From the NCBI RefSeq assembly GCF_004010195.1, contig NW_025215381.1, positions 235,360-255,359 on the forward strand: DNA of 20,000 nucleotides. The letters are read 5' to 3'. Of the stretch, positions 19,727-20,000 are shown piece after piece. This stretch comes from Chiloscyllium plagiosum (Eukaryota). The notes beneath the pieces are model-generated. The model was not told where the DNA came from. It did no database searches and worked only from the letters and a program-made list of their open reading frames with translations. The position numbers and the translations under genes were made by a program. The first letter of the stretch is position 1; every line of letters begins with the position of its first letter.

Positions 19727-20000
19727 AAATGTGATGCTGGAAAAGCGCAGCAGGTCAGGCAGCATCCAGGGAACAGGAGAATCGACGTTTCGGGCATAAG
19801 CCCTTCTTCAGGAATGAGGAAAGTTTGTCCAGCAGGCTAAGATAAAAGGTAGGGAGGAGGGACTTGGGGGAGGGGCGTCGGAAATGTGATAGGTGGAAAG
19901 AGGTCAAGGTGAGGGCCCAGACCGTCCATAACCTCATCACCTCGGGGGATCTCCCATCCACCGCCTCCAACCTCATAGTCCCACAACCCCGCACCGCCCG
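19727..20000. mobile_element. Penelope-like element: inverted pLTR end (minus, 19727-19915) joined to an RT ORF fragment (plus, 19916 to beyond 20000)
   Basis: The minus strand has the pLTR end with a hammerhead motif. The plus strand reads QTVHNLITSGDLPSTASNLIVPQPRTAR, which precedes the FY.LPKIHK motif of vertebrate PLE RTs. Runs off the window. Confidence 0.85.
19780..19816 (-). ncRNA. Minimal hammerhead ribozyme motif in the Penelope pLTR
   Basis: Minus strand: CUGAAGA-A-GGGC-UUAU-GCCC-GAAAC-GUC. It has the CUGANGA and GAAA cores, a 4-bp stem II and a very short palindromic stem III. Confidence 0.75.

Overview
Eukaryotic, repeat-rich genomic DNA, almost certainly from a cartilaginous fish (shark): it carries an HE1-type V-SINE, many shark-type CR1 LINE fragments, an RTE-X-like LINE, Penelope-like elements with hammerhead ribozyme motifs and a Gmr1-like Gypsy relic. 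The only recognisable host gene is a disabled second exon of a GPR139-like class A GPCR (6688-7493, minus). The standout is a young, AT-rich R2 retrotransposon fragment (about 10232-12273, minus). Its Myb, RT and zinc-knuckle motifs closely resemble A-clade avian R2 proteins, yet it lies outside 28S rDNA, inside an old RTE-X copy. It is truncated at both ends, has an in-frame internal deletion and an 11-bp frameshifting duplication, and ends at its 5' junction in a perfect 17-bp fold-back consistent with cDNA snap-back. Family assignments come from motif recognition and recalled consensus sequences, not database searches. Two N runs (10958-11266, 15858-16432) hide parts of LINE coding regions.
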